A DNA stretch of 64,000 nt, taken from Eledone cirrhosa. Taxonomy: Eukaryota. Under the pieces are notes generated by a model that saw nothing but the letters and a program-made list of their open reading frames with translations, ran no database searches and had not been told where the DNA came from. The stretch lies in assembly GCA_964016885.1 (NCBI GenBank), contig OZ024745.1, forward strand, positions 83,142,001-83,206,000. The letters run 5' to 3'. Made by a program: the position numbers and the translations under genes. Shown in pieces: positions 51,695-64,000 of this stretch (positions within the stretch are counted from its first letter, which is position 1; every line of letters begins with the position of its first letter).

Positions 51695-52459
51695 TCTATA
51701 TACTACTAAAACTCTGGGTTTGTGTGCTTGTCTATAATGTAATATAGCCAATATGGCGCATAATGGGAAAATACTTTGAAAGGATAAAAAAAATTATCGC
51801 TCTACATGACTGAATACAATAAATATAATCTGAGTTTTTCGAATATTAATAATAATATTCGATTCGTTTCCAATTATGCAAACAGCGTCTTTTTTTAAAG
51901 CCATGTCAGTAGAATGAGCACCTCATTCTTGGTCTTGTGTTGGCATGTAAACAGAACTGCATACGCTAATGTTTCTGGGTATCACCCTTCATCAGTGCAG
52001 TTCACTGTCACCTCCCAACTGCCAGAAATAGTGAAAATATATGATATTTTCTAAAATATACAATAACTGATCAGCTTGATTTGCATATTAGCTGACTGGC
52101 TGATCTGTATATTGGCTGATCAGTGGATCTGCTAATATGTGTATATATATATATGTGTGTGTGTATGTGTGTGTGTGTGCCTTTGACAGTATACATAGGT
52201 CACAGACATCCATATATATATGTATATATATATGTATAAACACACACACACACACGCGCACACACACACGCACACACATACAAACACACACACACACTCA
52301 CACATACACACACAAACAAACACACACACACACACACACATGGGCCTTCCAATTTCATTTCTGTGTATATTTTAATTTTTTAAGAATTATTTTAAAGTGA
52401 ACATGATTTAAAAAAATATTTTAAAGTGAAAATGACCGAACGAGTCACGGGTGGTCTAG
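51695..52459 (+). mobile_element. Non-autonomous Helitron
   Basis: A|TCTATATACTACTAAAA 5' end; imperfect subterminal hairpin (accgaacgagtcacgggt) then CTAG|T. Confidence 0.6.
51954..52003 (-). ncRNA. Type I hammerhead ribozyme, intact core
   Basis: GAACUGCA-CUGAUGA-AGGGU(GAU)ACCCA-GAAA-C(AUUAGC)G-UA-UGCAGUUC; 8-bp stem I. Confidence 0.85.
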
Positions 52460-52465
52460 TATCAT

Positions 52466-52689
52466 ATTATGATTTCCGCGCATTCCATCCTTAACATTAA
52501 GATCATAATATTAGGACTCCTCAGAATTACATAAGATATGGTTGTCTGAAATATGACATTATGTACAAAAATATATAACATATTTTTTGTCCATAATGTC
52601 CTATTTAAGACAACTGTATCTCATGTAATTCTGAGGAGATTTACTATCACGATCTTAATGTGAAGGATGAAACGCACGCAGATTATAAT
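52466..52689. repeat. Palindromic element with a decayed HHR in each arm
   Basis: ~110-bp arms; UGUAAUU-CUGAGGA-...-GAAA-CGCACG-CA-GAUUAUA. Confidence 0.78.
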
Positions 52690-53030
52690 TTTTTCTACTT
52701 TTGGCACAAGGCCAGCAATTACCCAGCGGTACTTTATTTTATCGACCCGTGAAGACGAAAGGCAACGTTAACCTCGACAGGATTTGAACTCAGAATCGCA
52801 AGGGCCGTAACTCTATGCGTTAAAACATGATGTAAATTATAATTGTTTCTACTTTTGGCACAAGGCCAGTAATTACCCAGTGCATTACCCTGGTACTTTA
52901 TTTTATCGACCCCGTAAGGATGAAAGGCAAAGTCAACCTCGGCGGGATTTGAACTCAGATCGTAAAGGGACGTAACTATGCTGGAAAGCATGGCGTCCGA
53001 CCCTCTACTGATGCTGCCAATCCACCACCC
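52688..53030 (-). mobile_element. Two SINE copies (partial + full)
   Basis: SINE core and B box. Confidence 0.85.
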
Positions 53031-53107
53031 TAAACATGATGTAAATTATAATATGATATAGATAGTAGTGTTTGAACTATTTCTCTCCTCTCCTCTCCTC
53101 TCCTCTC

Positions 53108-53191
<84 letters not shown>

Positions 53192-54044
53192 ATATATATT
53201 GTGGGGATGGGTAAGTGTCTGTGTGTATGTGTGAGTCAGTGTACGTTTGTGTATTTGCCTGTATGTGTATGAGCGCGTGTGTGGAAGTTGAGATTGTATA
53301 TATTACCAAGTTCAATTATATTTGCATTGACGAACGATTTCCTGCCCATAAAAGTAACCAGTTGTTTCAAGTGCGATAAACTATAAATAAAATAACTGAA
53401 CATTATCTTGAAGGAGCTGGTGAACGGGTGTTTTAATGACTTTTGATATTATATCCATTGTTGTATCACATGGCATTTAAACCGTGCACACGACGGCGTA
53501 GATATCGAAGTGCTTGATTGCAGTAATGATAGATTGTTGTTGCGTAAAGAACTGAAATCAATTACTGAGGAGTAGGTTTGAATATAATTTTTCATATTCA
53601 CATCAATTACTTAACGTACTCCTCCAGTCTCAGGTTCAAACAACCATGCCTACACACATCATGAGATCATAAGTCGGACAGAAATGTGTTTGATCTTTCT
53701 TTCGGGTCTCTATGTTCCGAGATCAAATACCGCTGAAATCAAGATACATTTCATTCTTCCGTTCGTTACTTCTCTCTCAATCACAATCTCTTCCCTTCTC
53801 CTTCTCTTTCTGGAAGAATTCTTATGGCACAGCGGCACCTCTACGACTCTATTACATGCTTAGGGCGCATGAATGGATGCCTATATGTACATGAAAGATA
53901 ATATATATGTATATAATTCAGAATATATGCAGTAAAAGCCTGTTAGACCATTACTCGATACTTGGAGTAGTAGAGTGTGGTAATATGAAGGAGTCGAGAC
54001 CCTAACGGCTGAGCGCCTGCCGTCTCAACAGCTAGTACCGAACT

Positions 54045-54675
54045 AGTTGGATTACTGCCTCCTGATTTAGAGATTTCCAATATATTAGCTATCATCCATC
54101 TGTCCTTTTCTGATATGTCCTTCAGTTCATTAATGTTAATGTCACCTCCTGCATTATCTCGAATATTCAGTTCCGCATATTCCTGTTCGATTACACCATT
54201 TGCCATATTTTGATCTCTATTTGAACCTCCAATATCTTGAGCTTCCATATCATCCACATCCTCCTGGTTAATCTTTTTCTTTATCATTTCAAACTCCATC
54301 TCAGATAGCCATCCGTATTTGCCTATTGCCCTTGCCTGATCACAAATCCTCTGTTCAGTTGATTGAAAGTACCCAATCTCCAGCCATACTTGTAACAACC
54401 TTTGTATATATCCTCTAACTAACACACCATTTTCATTCATAGGTCTGCTTCTAAAATAACACTCCATAACAGCCTTGTTTACCACCTTACTCCACTTCAT
54501 TCTAGCAGTGTCATGAGTAAGAGTGGGCCTGCTCTACTCAACCACAGGGCACCTGCCAGATGAGGCACCTTCACTAGAAGCTCCAGCATTATTCACGTCG
54601 TTGTGTAAACAAATGTTTTTTTTTCATTCATCCATTAAGTTTAGTGGTTTTTAAGGTTCCACCGCGACGGGGGCA
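54045..54675 (-). pseudogene. 5' fragment of a third R4/Dong family
   Basis: KWSKVVNKAVMECYF...TEQRICDQARAI...WLSEME resembles the Dong-A N-terminal domain. Confidence 0.75.
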
Positions 54676-54697
54676 TTATTATTATTATTATTACTAT

Positions 54698-56368
54698 TGT
54701 TCTTTGAGTCTCAGTCATAGATGTTACTTAACTGGAAAGTTTGTTGAAATGAATATCAAGCCGCTACCTGCAGCCTCAGACATTGAGGACGTATCGGAGG
54801 GTTCTTGCTATTCCCAACAAGCATGCCTTTTGAAATGTTCCAAAAAGCGGGGCTGGACTAATCTTCTTTAACCATCCTTGGAAACTCTTTGAGATAGTAC
54901 CTAGTGCGCCTATGACAATCGGGACGACCTTGATTTCATGGCAGTTCCAAATGCTATTTAACACCCACTTTAAATCCTGGTATCGGTTAATTTTCTCCCT
55001 ATCCTTTTCTTGCAGTCTCATGTCAAATGGGAAGGCTACATCTACAATCAGACACGATTTTTTTCTTGTCCGTCTGTATGCTAAAATCACATAGCACCTT
55101 CACCTGATCGTTTTCTATCACCGACTCTGGCTTATCCTCATACCACTTCTCAGAATGTGGTAAATTGTTTACTTTGCATAAATGCCAGTGGATCACTCTG
55201 CCTACCACACCATGTCTCCAGCCTTTATAGTGAGTCTGGGCCAGGTGTTTACACTCGGATACAATGTGAGCCACAGTCTCCTCTCTCACTCCACAGATCC
55301 TACACAGTGAACTAGCTTCCTGCTTGTACATATGGTGTTTCACTCCCTTCGTTCTGAGGGACTGCTCTTACGCAGCCATTAGCATTCCATCTGTAGCATT
55401 TTTAAGGTCTCCTCTTTTTAACCAGTTCCATGTCTGTGGATATCTAAATCCAGTTTTCTTAAAGAAGGTACTATGAAGGGAATTTTCATGAAGGTTGCTC
55501 TTCTTCCTTGTTATTTCCTCCTTGGACATCCCCTGGTCTATTGTCTTCTCCTTCAGTACAATTTTGAGCATTGGCTCCCTACTGTCAGTCACGTATTTGT
55601 GCAGGTTGTTTTTCTCCATCTGAACACAGTCCTCTATGCTGATAAGACCTCTTCCACCCTCAGATCTTTTTAAGTAGAGTCTATCGACATCACTCCTCTT
55701 GTTGAACCATTTGTAGATAGTCCATAGCTTCCTAGTCTTCCTTTCCATTTCTTTTTGTTCAGCAACATTCCATTTCAGAATTCCCGCACTGTACCTAATA
55801 ATAGACACACTCGAGAATTTACTGCACTTATGACATTCCTACTATTTAGATGTGATTTTAATACGCTCCTTACTCTCCTTATGTACTCAGATCTTATCAA
55901 TTCCTTCATTTTTTGGTTCTTCATGTCATCTGCCTCCAGAACACATAAATATTTGTATCCTTCTTCAGTGTCAATTTACTTTATCATCTCACCTGTTGGT
56001 ATCTGGATTCCGTTGCTTCTGCTCAATTTACTCCTCTTCATCATTTGGACTCCACACTTACTAATACCAAATTCCATACATATATCATTGATGTAAATAC
56101 GAATAGTTTCAACAAGTACATCCAACTCCTTTTCACTCTTCCCAAAGAGTTTAAGATCGTCCATGAAGACGAGGTGATTGATGGTAAGCTCTCCTTTTCC
56201 CAACTTGTATCCTGCTCTCAATTTTCGCAATATAGCGGTATCAGGGCAAGGACAAACAACAGAGCGAACAAACTATCTCCCTGGAAGATACCTCTCATGA
56301 TCTTCACGCCTCCCAATGTTAACTCTGTTTCCCAGGACTTCATACTTTTGCTCAACAACTGTCTGCCA
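54698..56368 (-). mobile_element. Dong-A 3' half, decayed
   Basis: ORFs 55976-56230, 55368-55808, 55023-55343 and 54776-55090. Confidence 0.88.
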
Positions 56369-56380
56369 CATCAGATATTA

Positions 56381-56542
56381 TGGTGAATTGGCAGTACCGG
56401 TCAGACGCCATGATTTGACGCATAGAGTTACGGCCCTTGCCATTCTGAGTTCAAATTCCGCTGAGGTTAACTTTGCCTTTCATCCTTACGGGGCGATAAA
56501 ATAAAGTATCAGTAATGCACTGAGCAAATTGCTGGCCTTGTG
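56381..56542 (+). mobile_element. SINE
   Basis: A/B boxes and core. Confidence 0.82.
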
Positions 56543-56559
56543 ATTCTGAGATATATGCC

Positions 56560-56984
56560 GAGTGTCTTCCTGATACTTAGGGCAAATAAATTCACAGTAT
56601 GCATTGGTAAACTACTTAATACAGCACATTGATTATAATAAAAAAAAAAAAAAACAGTATACATATATACACATGTGAATATGCATATATAAATACAAGG
56701 AGGGATATTTATCTTACACAGATAGTGCTCTTCTCAATACGTGTGCAGTACCAGTCAAAACAATTTTTTGCACCTCGTGCAGAGAGGGTAAACCAGGAAT
56801 CATTCGCAAATATTGTTCTGTCCCTTTCTTGATAATTCCCAGTCTTCCCACAATCACTGTTATTGTAACGGCTTTGAGGTGACACATCTTCTCAATTTCA
56901 ATAAGCAGATCTTTATATTTTCGTAGCTTGTCAAATACTTTTGCCGCGATATTGTGATCACATGGGACGCTCATATCTATCAAT
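56560..56984 (-). pseudogene. 3' fragment of another R4/Dong family (RLE domain)
   Basis: IDMSVPCDHNIAAKVFDKLRKYKDL...QKIVLTGTAHVLRRAL. Confidence 0.8.
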
Positions 56985-56999
56985 TATTATTATTATTAC

Positions 57000-57142
57000 T
57001 AAGGATGAAAGGCAAAGTTAACCTCGGCAGGATTTGAACTCAGCCGAGGTTAACTTTGCCTTTCATCCTTACGGGGTCGATAAAATAAAGTACCAGTAAT
57101 GTACTGGGTAATTGCTGGCCTTGTGCCTAAAATAGAAACAAT
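57000..57142 (+). mobile_element. 5'-truncated SINE with inverted 5' piece
   Basis: taaggatgaaaggcaaagttaacctcggc mirrors gccgaggttaactttgcctttcatcctta. Confidence 0.8.
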
Positions 57143-57177
57143 TATTATTATTACTATTATTATTATTATTATTATTC

Positions 57178-58375
57178 GTTGAGTCTCAGTCATTGATGTT
57201 AGTTAACTGGAAAGTTTGTTGAAATGAATATCAAGCCACTACCTGCAGCCTCAGATATTCAGGACGTATCGGATGGTTCTTGCTGTTCCCAGCAAGCATG
57301 CATTTTGAAGCGTTCCAAAAGCGTGGCGGAGCCAATTTTCTTTAACCATCCTTGGAAACATTTTGAGATAGTACCTAGTGGTCCTATGACAATCGGGACC
57401 ACTTTGACTTCATGGCAGTTCCAAATCCTTTTTACCTCCTAGTTTTGTACTTTATTTCCAGTCTATTTTTAGTGTCTATGTTTTTAGTGTCCCATTCAGT
57501 AGGGACTCAAGCTTTCCAATGTCATTTCTCATTTCCCTGATTTGAGCATTCAGTCGTTTCTTCCACCAAGGTTCTGATCTTTCTTGTTTGTTGTTTCCTC
57601 TCGCTTTTATGCCAAGTAATTTCCTTACCGCATTTGCTGTTGTTTTGAGGATATTGTTGCACTGGTGAAGGCTCCTCGCCTCAAGGTATGGGATGACTTT
57701 CTTTACCTTAGCTGTTGTTTCTTTTAACTTTTTCCTTTCTACAAATATTAGGTTCATAGGTTTCCCACTATCATTGTTCATTTCATCTACCACTAAGTTT
57801 AGGATATCAACCAAATCTTGCCCTAGCCCGTCAGCATTCATTTCCTCAATGGCAGTATCTTTGTTCCAGGTGTTATTTATTTCAGCATTCAGATCATTGT
57901 CTGCTTCGGATGGTTCCTCCGTTCTCTCAACCTCTTCACCTTCCTTTTCCACTGGCTCGTTTGCCGGGCATACTCCACTTTCCATTTCCAAGCTAATCTC
58001 TCTGCTCAGTTCCTCCAGTTCCAGCTGGCTTATCCACCCATTAGTTCTTATTACCCGAGCCTGCCCGGCCAATTTTTGTTCATCTAATTTAAATAGACCA
58101 ATCTCGTTCCAGATGTTATGCATCCGTTTCCTTGGGGTTACATTGCATAACAGTTCTATTAAATTCTTTCGTCCAGTTGGTTCTGGTCCTTTTCCTTCTT
58201 CTTCCTCCGACACCAACAGTATTTGGGTGACAGCCAGGTTCCTGCTGCTGAGTCAGGGAGCACCTGCTGGGTGAGAGTCTGTCACATGACATTCCAGTCT
58301 CCATTTCACCGTTATTCGAACTGTTTAGGTTCGACATTTAAACACTCTTATCGAGGATTGGTGAATGTATGGTTA
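57178..58375 (-). mobile_element. Internally deleted Dong-A (5' region joined to 3' end at ~57439)
   Basis: ORF 57476-58216 matches the 23789 ORF; junction at shared GGAGG. Confidence 0.88.
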
Positions 58376-58376
58376 T

Positions 58377-58846
58377 AGGGAAGAAAACGCACATGGTGGA
58401 TATATATCATTATGGAATCGCTCCAGTAAGTTTTTGATTTTTACTTATTTAAAACAAATGTGATAGAATAATTCTTATTACAAATGAATTATAAGATAAC
58501 AGTTTTTAACGCTCAGCAAGCCACAACGCATCACTTTACGGCATAGGGACCCAATATTTAATATTTCATTTTAGATCAGAAATGTTAAGGTCGAAAAAGA
58601 GAAAAAAGGCAAAATGGCTAAGTGGACAGTGAGGCAAATAATTTCACCACCAACACCACCACCGCCACCATCACCACTACCACGCCAAGAACTCTAGTCA
58701 AGTTACCTTAACTTCTATTTCTACTTCAACTTCAACACCATCACTACAGTACTACGATCACATCACCACCACCACTGCCTCATTATCGGTACCGCCGCTA
58801 TTCTCTCCCACTACCTCCTGCTAAGTACTACTAGCACAGCACCACC
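58377..58846 (+). repeat. Leader module, inverted against the Dong-A 5' end
   Basis: Starts AGGGAAGAAAACGCACATGGTGG. Confidence 0.72.
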
Positions 58847-58866
58847 ATTATTATTATTATTATTAT

Positions 58867-61800
58867 TACAGTTGCATTTATCTTGCTTTATGTTCATACG
58901 AGTTATCACCATGTCACAACCAGTGACCTCAAGAGACAACAAGGTCCGCCATGTTCAAGAAAGAACATACGTATTCACACATGCATCTTTAGTGTTTAGA
59001 CTTGTGATGTACTTATATTGACAGAATCTTCCTTAGTATATGGGCAGTTCCCATTAGTACTATATTTTGTATTTCTCCTATACGCGGGCTTCCTGGGATT
59101 TGCGATATGTAATCATTAGACCCCTTAGGTATCATTCCCAGAGCGCCTACAACCACTGGTATTGTTTTAGTTCTCAATTTCCACATTTTTCCAATTTCTA
59201 TCTCCAGGTCCTTATACTTGCTCAATTTTTCAAATGTTTTTATAGATACATTCTTGTCTATTGGAACAGACATATCAATTAGCAGGCATACCCTCTTTTG
59301 AAAGTCTTTCAATATTATATCTGGCCTGTTTGCATCTATTTTTCGGTCTGTTTGGATGCTAAAGTTCCACAAGATTGAGATGTGATCTTTTTCAAGTATG
59401 GGAGGTGGTTGATGCTCCCACCAATTCTTTTGATGGGGCAGGTCAAAATGCTTACACATTATCCAATGTATGTATTGTGCAGCTCTGTCATGCCTGTTTA
59501 GGTATTCGGTTGGAGCTATAGGACTGCACATTGAAATTATATGGTCAATGGTCTCTGGTTGTTTTTTGCATACACGGCATATTGGGCTGCACCCATTTTT
59601 TATTATGTTGGCTTGGTAATTTTTTGTTGGCAGACACTGATCTTGTGCCGATATAATCAGTCCTTCGGTCTCCGATTTCAGTCCAGAGGATGCCAACCAC
59701 TGATGGGTTAAAGTTTTGTCAACATCAGGATTGTTAGCTCGCTCTGGGTATTTTCCATACACAGGCTTTTCTTGCGATTTCTTAGCCAGTTTCTGTAGCA
59801 GTTCTTTCTTTGCAGTTACTTTTACCTGCTTTGCTTTTTCTGTGTTTTCCATTTCAGCAGCAAATGGGACTTCTGAAATTTGTAGTCCATTACTGTATCT
59901 TTGTGCATCTTTTGTAATGGAATATGATCTTTTGATGCTTTCGTGTTTCAAAACGAGTTTGATCATCCAATCATGTGATTCCCTTAGATATGTAGATAAT
60001 CCAATTGTTGCAGTTTTCAACGCAATGTCTAACTTGATTAACCCACGTCCTCCTTCTTTCCTAGGGAGATATATTCTATCTATATCTGATTTAGGGTGAT
60101 GCATTCTGTGGATGGTTAAGAATTTTCGAATTTTTGTATCGAGCCTACGGATCTCTGTGCTTGACCAGTTGATGACATTGTAACTGTAGGTTACTACTGG
60201 TATGGCAAGCGTGTTTATGGCATCGATCCTATTCCTTGCATTCAATTCCGTTCTTAAGATTGCTCTTACTCTGCGGTAACATTCCTTCCTTATCCTTTCC
60301 CTCATTGTCAAGTGCTTGATTCCGTCTCCTTCACAAACACCTAGATATTTGTAAGTTTTTTCTTGATCAAGTTCTCTTATCACGTTCCCCCGATCAAGAT
60401 TAATGTCTGAACTCTTCAGCAGCTTTCCTCTGGTGAACGTTGCTTTGGCGCATTTATCTAGTCCAAACTCCATTTTAATGTCATCACTGAACTGATTCAC
60501 AGTGGATAATAGCCCTTGCAATTGTTCATCATTTTTTGCAAATAGTTTCAGGTCATCCATGTAGAACAGGTGATTAATGGTTTTGTCATAGACTTTATAT
60601 CCATGTCTTGTTTCATTGAGCATTTTACTTAATGGTATAAGGGCGATGCAGAATAAAAGCGGTGATAAAGAGTCACCCTGAAAAATTCCACAATTAATAT
60701 TAACTTCTCCAGCTGCCAGTGATTTTGTTTCACTATTCAAAAGGAGTGTCGTTTTCCATGTCTTCATACTGAATGACAAAAACCTCCTCACAACGGGGGA
60801 TATTTTGAAAATCTCTAAACATTTTTCAATCCAACTGTGTGGCAAACTATCGAATGCTTTTTTATAATCTATCCAAGCAATCGATAGATTTTTGTGTCTA
60901 TTATGACAATCTTCCAGTATCATTTTGTTAACCAGAAGCTGATCCTTACAGCCATATGAGCCTCGTTTACACCCTTTCTACTCAATGGGAAATATGTCAT
61001 TTGTTATCAGGTGGTCATATGTGTATTCAGTTAGGACTGATGTTAAAATTTTATACATTGTGGTCAAGCAAGTTATCGGTCTGTAATTTTTGGGATTGTT
61101 TGTCTCATCATTCTGCGGAAGCAGGAATGTAATGCCGTTAACTAGCCATGAAGGTATCTTTTCTGGCTCCTTAACTATTTCATTGTAAAGCTGGGCTAAC
61201 AGCTCATGAGACTCTGTGAAGGCATTTATCCAAAAGTTTTGTATTTTGTCTTTTCCTGGGGATTTCCATTTGCTGGTTTTTCTTAGAGCCAAGTGCAACT
61301 GTTCAACTGTTATATTTTCCCATGCTTGTTCCTCAAGGTGAGCTGTATCTTTCATTTGTCTGTCTATCCATGGGGCATGTATGTTATGAACATTTTCTTC
61401 GGCCCAGATCTTTTCCCAGAATTCTTGCACTTCCTCCTTGGGTGGTATTGATTTAGCAGTTATTGTTGACTTACCAATTTTTCTGTAGAAGTTTCTTTGG
61501 TTGTTTTTGAACATATTATTGTCCTTATAGAATCTAGATCGTTTTTCAAAGCGCCTTATACGAGCAGCTTTGGCTGACACTTTTTGCTTGATTATTTCTA
61601 TCAGCATGTCTATGTCACATGTTGATTTTATACTGTACTTTTTTTTCAATTTTCTAAGTTTAGTTTGTTTAACATGTTCACCTAGTTTGTTAAAATTTCT
61701 ATGTCAGATCGGAGAAGGTTTATTTGGCGATTGATGTTCTCTTGCCAAGTAGATTTCTTGTGGGAATTCCTTTGTTTTTTCATCTTCACTCCACATAAGT

Positions 61801-62885
61801 GAGTGGTGACTTTAGCCGATGCATAATAGAGATGATTTATGTCAGTAATGTTTAGTTTGTTTGTGATGATAATGTTTTTGAGAATTATGTTAGTCTTGTG
61901 TATTATCTTTTGGTTCTGTTTGGAGTTCTGGATCTTAGGGAGGGTGTCTCGTTGCCCCATGTCAGATTCTTTCATTTTCATCCATTCGATCATAATTTCA
62001 TCCTTCAAGTTGGCAAGTTCATTCTCATTCATTTCTTTATCATTTACGATCTCATTATTTTCATTTGGAGTTTCATCCTGAGCATGCACTTTTTCGCTCC
62101 TTTCTTTAATTTGTTCTGTTGCCAGTGATTCCGCCCCAACCCTGGGATTCGAAGTGTTACAATTTACCTCGTTTTCACTGACACATGTTTCATTTTCCCT
62201 TCGCTGACTTTGTGCTAATAGCTTGATCTGATCAATTTCTATATCAGTTAGTAACTTTCTTTTTACAATATTTCTTCGTATATTGGCTAGTTTGTTACTG
62301 TCAATATAGCCTCTGTTTTCGGGATGTTTCTTTTTCCAGTTGATATATGTCTGTTCTGTATTCGATGTATTTGATGGGTAGTACATGGCAGTGTAGAAAG
62401 CCTCAAGGACTTCTTTATTATCTTCCCTTGACCATTTTTCTCTCTTTTTCTTTGGATTTCTTGGTGGTGAGCATGGAGGGCCAACAGTAGGAGTATTCCG
62501 GTTATGGGAGGTCTCCAGCTCCGAAGTGATGGGAAGGTTTGAACCATTAGCTGATTTTTCGACCCCAGTCTGGTTCCTCTCTGAGGGACGCGGCCCTTTT
62601 TTACCCGGGTGACGGCCGATCCGGTATGAGATTTTATCATTAGACATTTACTTTATTTTGTCGCGTTTTATCCTTATCCGCCAAGGGTAATCATTTCGTG
62701 TTACCACTTCTAGAACGAGTGTCAACCAAGACTAGAGGGGTCGTTCTCCCCTAGAGACACGGCTATTCCCCGCCGGCCGCCATCCCGGTATTTCTTGGTC
62801 ACGGGGTTTTCTTTTTGTTGTTTTTTTAAATTGTTATTATCATGAGTGGTTCCTTAATGTGAGCATTGCGTGGCTTAAGAATGAA
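58867..62885 (-). mobile_element. Dong-B copy 3, full length; one frameshift (~61660) and one stop (60978)
   Basis: ORFs 61682-62647, 60978-61649 and 59013-60923 reconstruct a ~1210 aa RT-CCHC-RLE protein. Confidence 0.93.
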
Positions 62886-63069
62886 ATTATTAATAATTGT
62901 CTCCACTCCAGGCACAAGGCCACCAATCACCCAGTGCATTACAATAATATAATATACTTTTTGTTGTGGTTGGCTGTTATTGTTGTTGGCTATGTCGGTG
63001 GTGGTGCCGGGGCTTTTTATATTGTTGGTGAGGAAGGGGTGAGCCAGCAGTCCTATAATTGTTGATGTG

Positions 63070-63722
63070 GCCAGGTCACTAAATCAATCTATTTATATCT
63101 TTTGCTAGCCTCTCCCTTGTCTACTGATACCGCCACCTTCCCCTTTCTCTCTCAAGTTAACAGGGGAATAGTGGTGGTAGCATTGAAGGAGGAGTGGTGG
63201 CGGCGGGGAGATGTGGGAGACAGTAGCGGCGGTATCGATACTTAGACAGTGGTGGTGGTGATGTCGATACCGAGGCAGTGGTGGTGGTGATGTGATCGTA
63301 TTACTGTAGTGATGGTGTTGTAGCGGTGGCAGCAATGAAGGAGTAGTGGCGGCGGTGATGGGATAGTGGTGGCAATGATGGCAGTAGTGAGTGGTGGTGG
63401 TGAAATTGCCGTTATCTGGCTGTTGTGTTTAGTGTACACAGAGAGGTGATGGGGTAGGTGTTGTATCTAGTTTCTGGTGTTGTTTGGTTGTTCTATATAG
63501 CGTAGACAGAGGAGGGGGGTTCTTCTTCCATTTATAGCCATTTTCTTTTTTGAATATACAATGTACAATACAGGGTTGAATATTTGAATATTTGAGCCTT
63601 ATAACAATATATTTGGGGTCCGAATTTTTGGGGGCTCAAGCCGGATGCTTTACGTAGCATTTGTACTAAGAGTTGTTATTTCACAAATGATTTAAATATT
63701 GTTATTTCACAAATGATTTAAA
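63070..63722 (-). repeat. Leader module upstream of Dong-B copy 3 (5'-truncated)
   Basis: Homologous to 22375-23430. Confidence 0.72.
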
Positions 63723-63804
<82 letters not shown>

Positions 63805-64000
63805 GTTCTTTGAGTCTCAGTCATTGATGTTAGTTAACTGGAAAGTTTGTTGAAATGAATATCAAGCCACTACCTGCAGCCTCAGACATTCAGGACGTTA
63901 CGGAGGGTTCTTGCTGTTCCCAGCAAGCATGCCTTTTGAAGCGTTCCAAAAAGGCAGGCGGGGCCAATTTTCTTTAACCATCCCTGAAAACATTTTGAGA
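63805..64000 (-). mobile_element. Dong-A 3' end with (TAA)n tail (63723-63804)
   Basis: Reverse complement of ~27230-27425. Confidence 0.87.

Noticed and set aside
53565-53628. CTGAGGAG followed by a hairpin
   Set aside because: The CTGAGGA itself is paired in the stem, with no GAAA/UH; an ordinary imperfect hairpin.
54630-54675. Possible HDV-like P4/J4-2 remnant at the 5' end of the third Dong family
   Set aside because: Only a short hairpin plus CUAA is visible; P1-P3 are absent.

Overview
AT-rich eukaryotic (invertebrate, probably cephalopod/octopus-like; inferred from the tRNA-derived SINE and microsatellite load) repeat-dense window with no supportable host gene. It is a nest of retroelements sorted by microsatellite type. 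(TA)n-rich zones (about 1-20 kb and 39.7-52.7 kb) hold Penelope-like elements (PLEs): a near-identical divergent pair, one with an apparently intact ORF missed by the ORF track, solo pLTRs and a Hydra-clade-like remnant. These zones also hold many small non-coding elements. (TAA)n-rich zones (about 21.6-39.7 kb and 52.7-64 kb) hold stacked R4/Dong-type non-LTR retrotransposons of at least two families, a SINE, and a shared ~0.5-1.1 kb leader module. Also present: a decayed DD37D Tc1/mariner, a Ty3/gypsy LTR+gag stub, RTE fragments, an L1/Tx1 LINE between (TATC)n tracts and a non-autonomous Helitron. The main hidden signal is about 20 hammerhead-ribozyme (HHR) motifs, intact or decayed, from roughly ten unrelated sequence families, mostly minimal type I with a short or palindromic stem III. 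They sit in tandem (retrozyme-like, 406-466 nt units) or palindromic mini-elements, and one candidate has non-circularly permuted strand order. All structures were read by eye; none has been computationally or experimentally validated.
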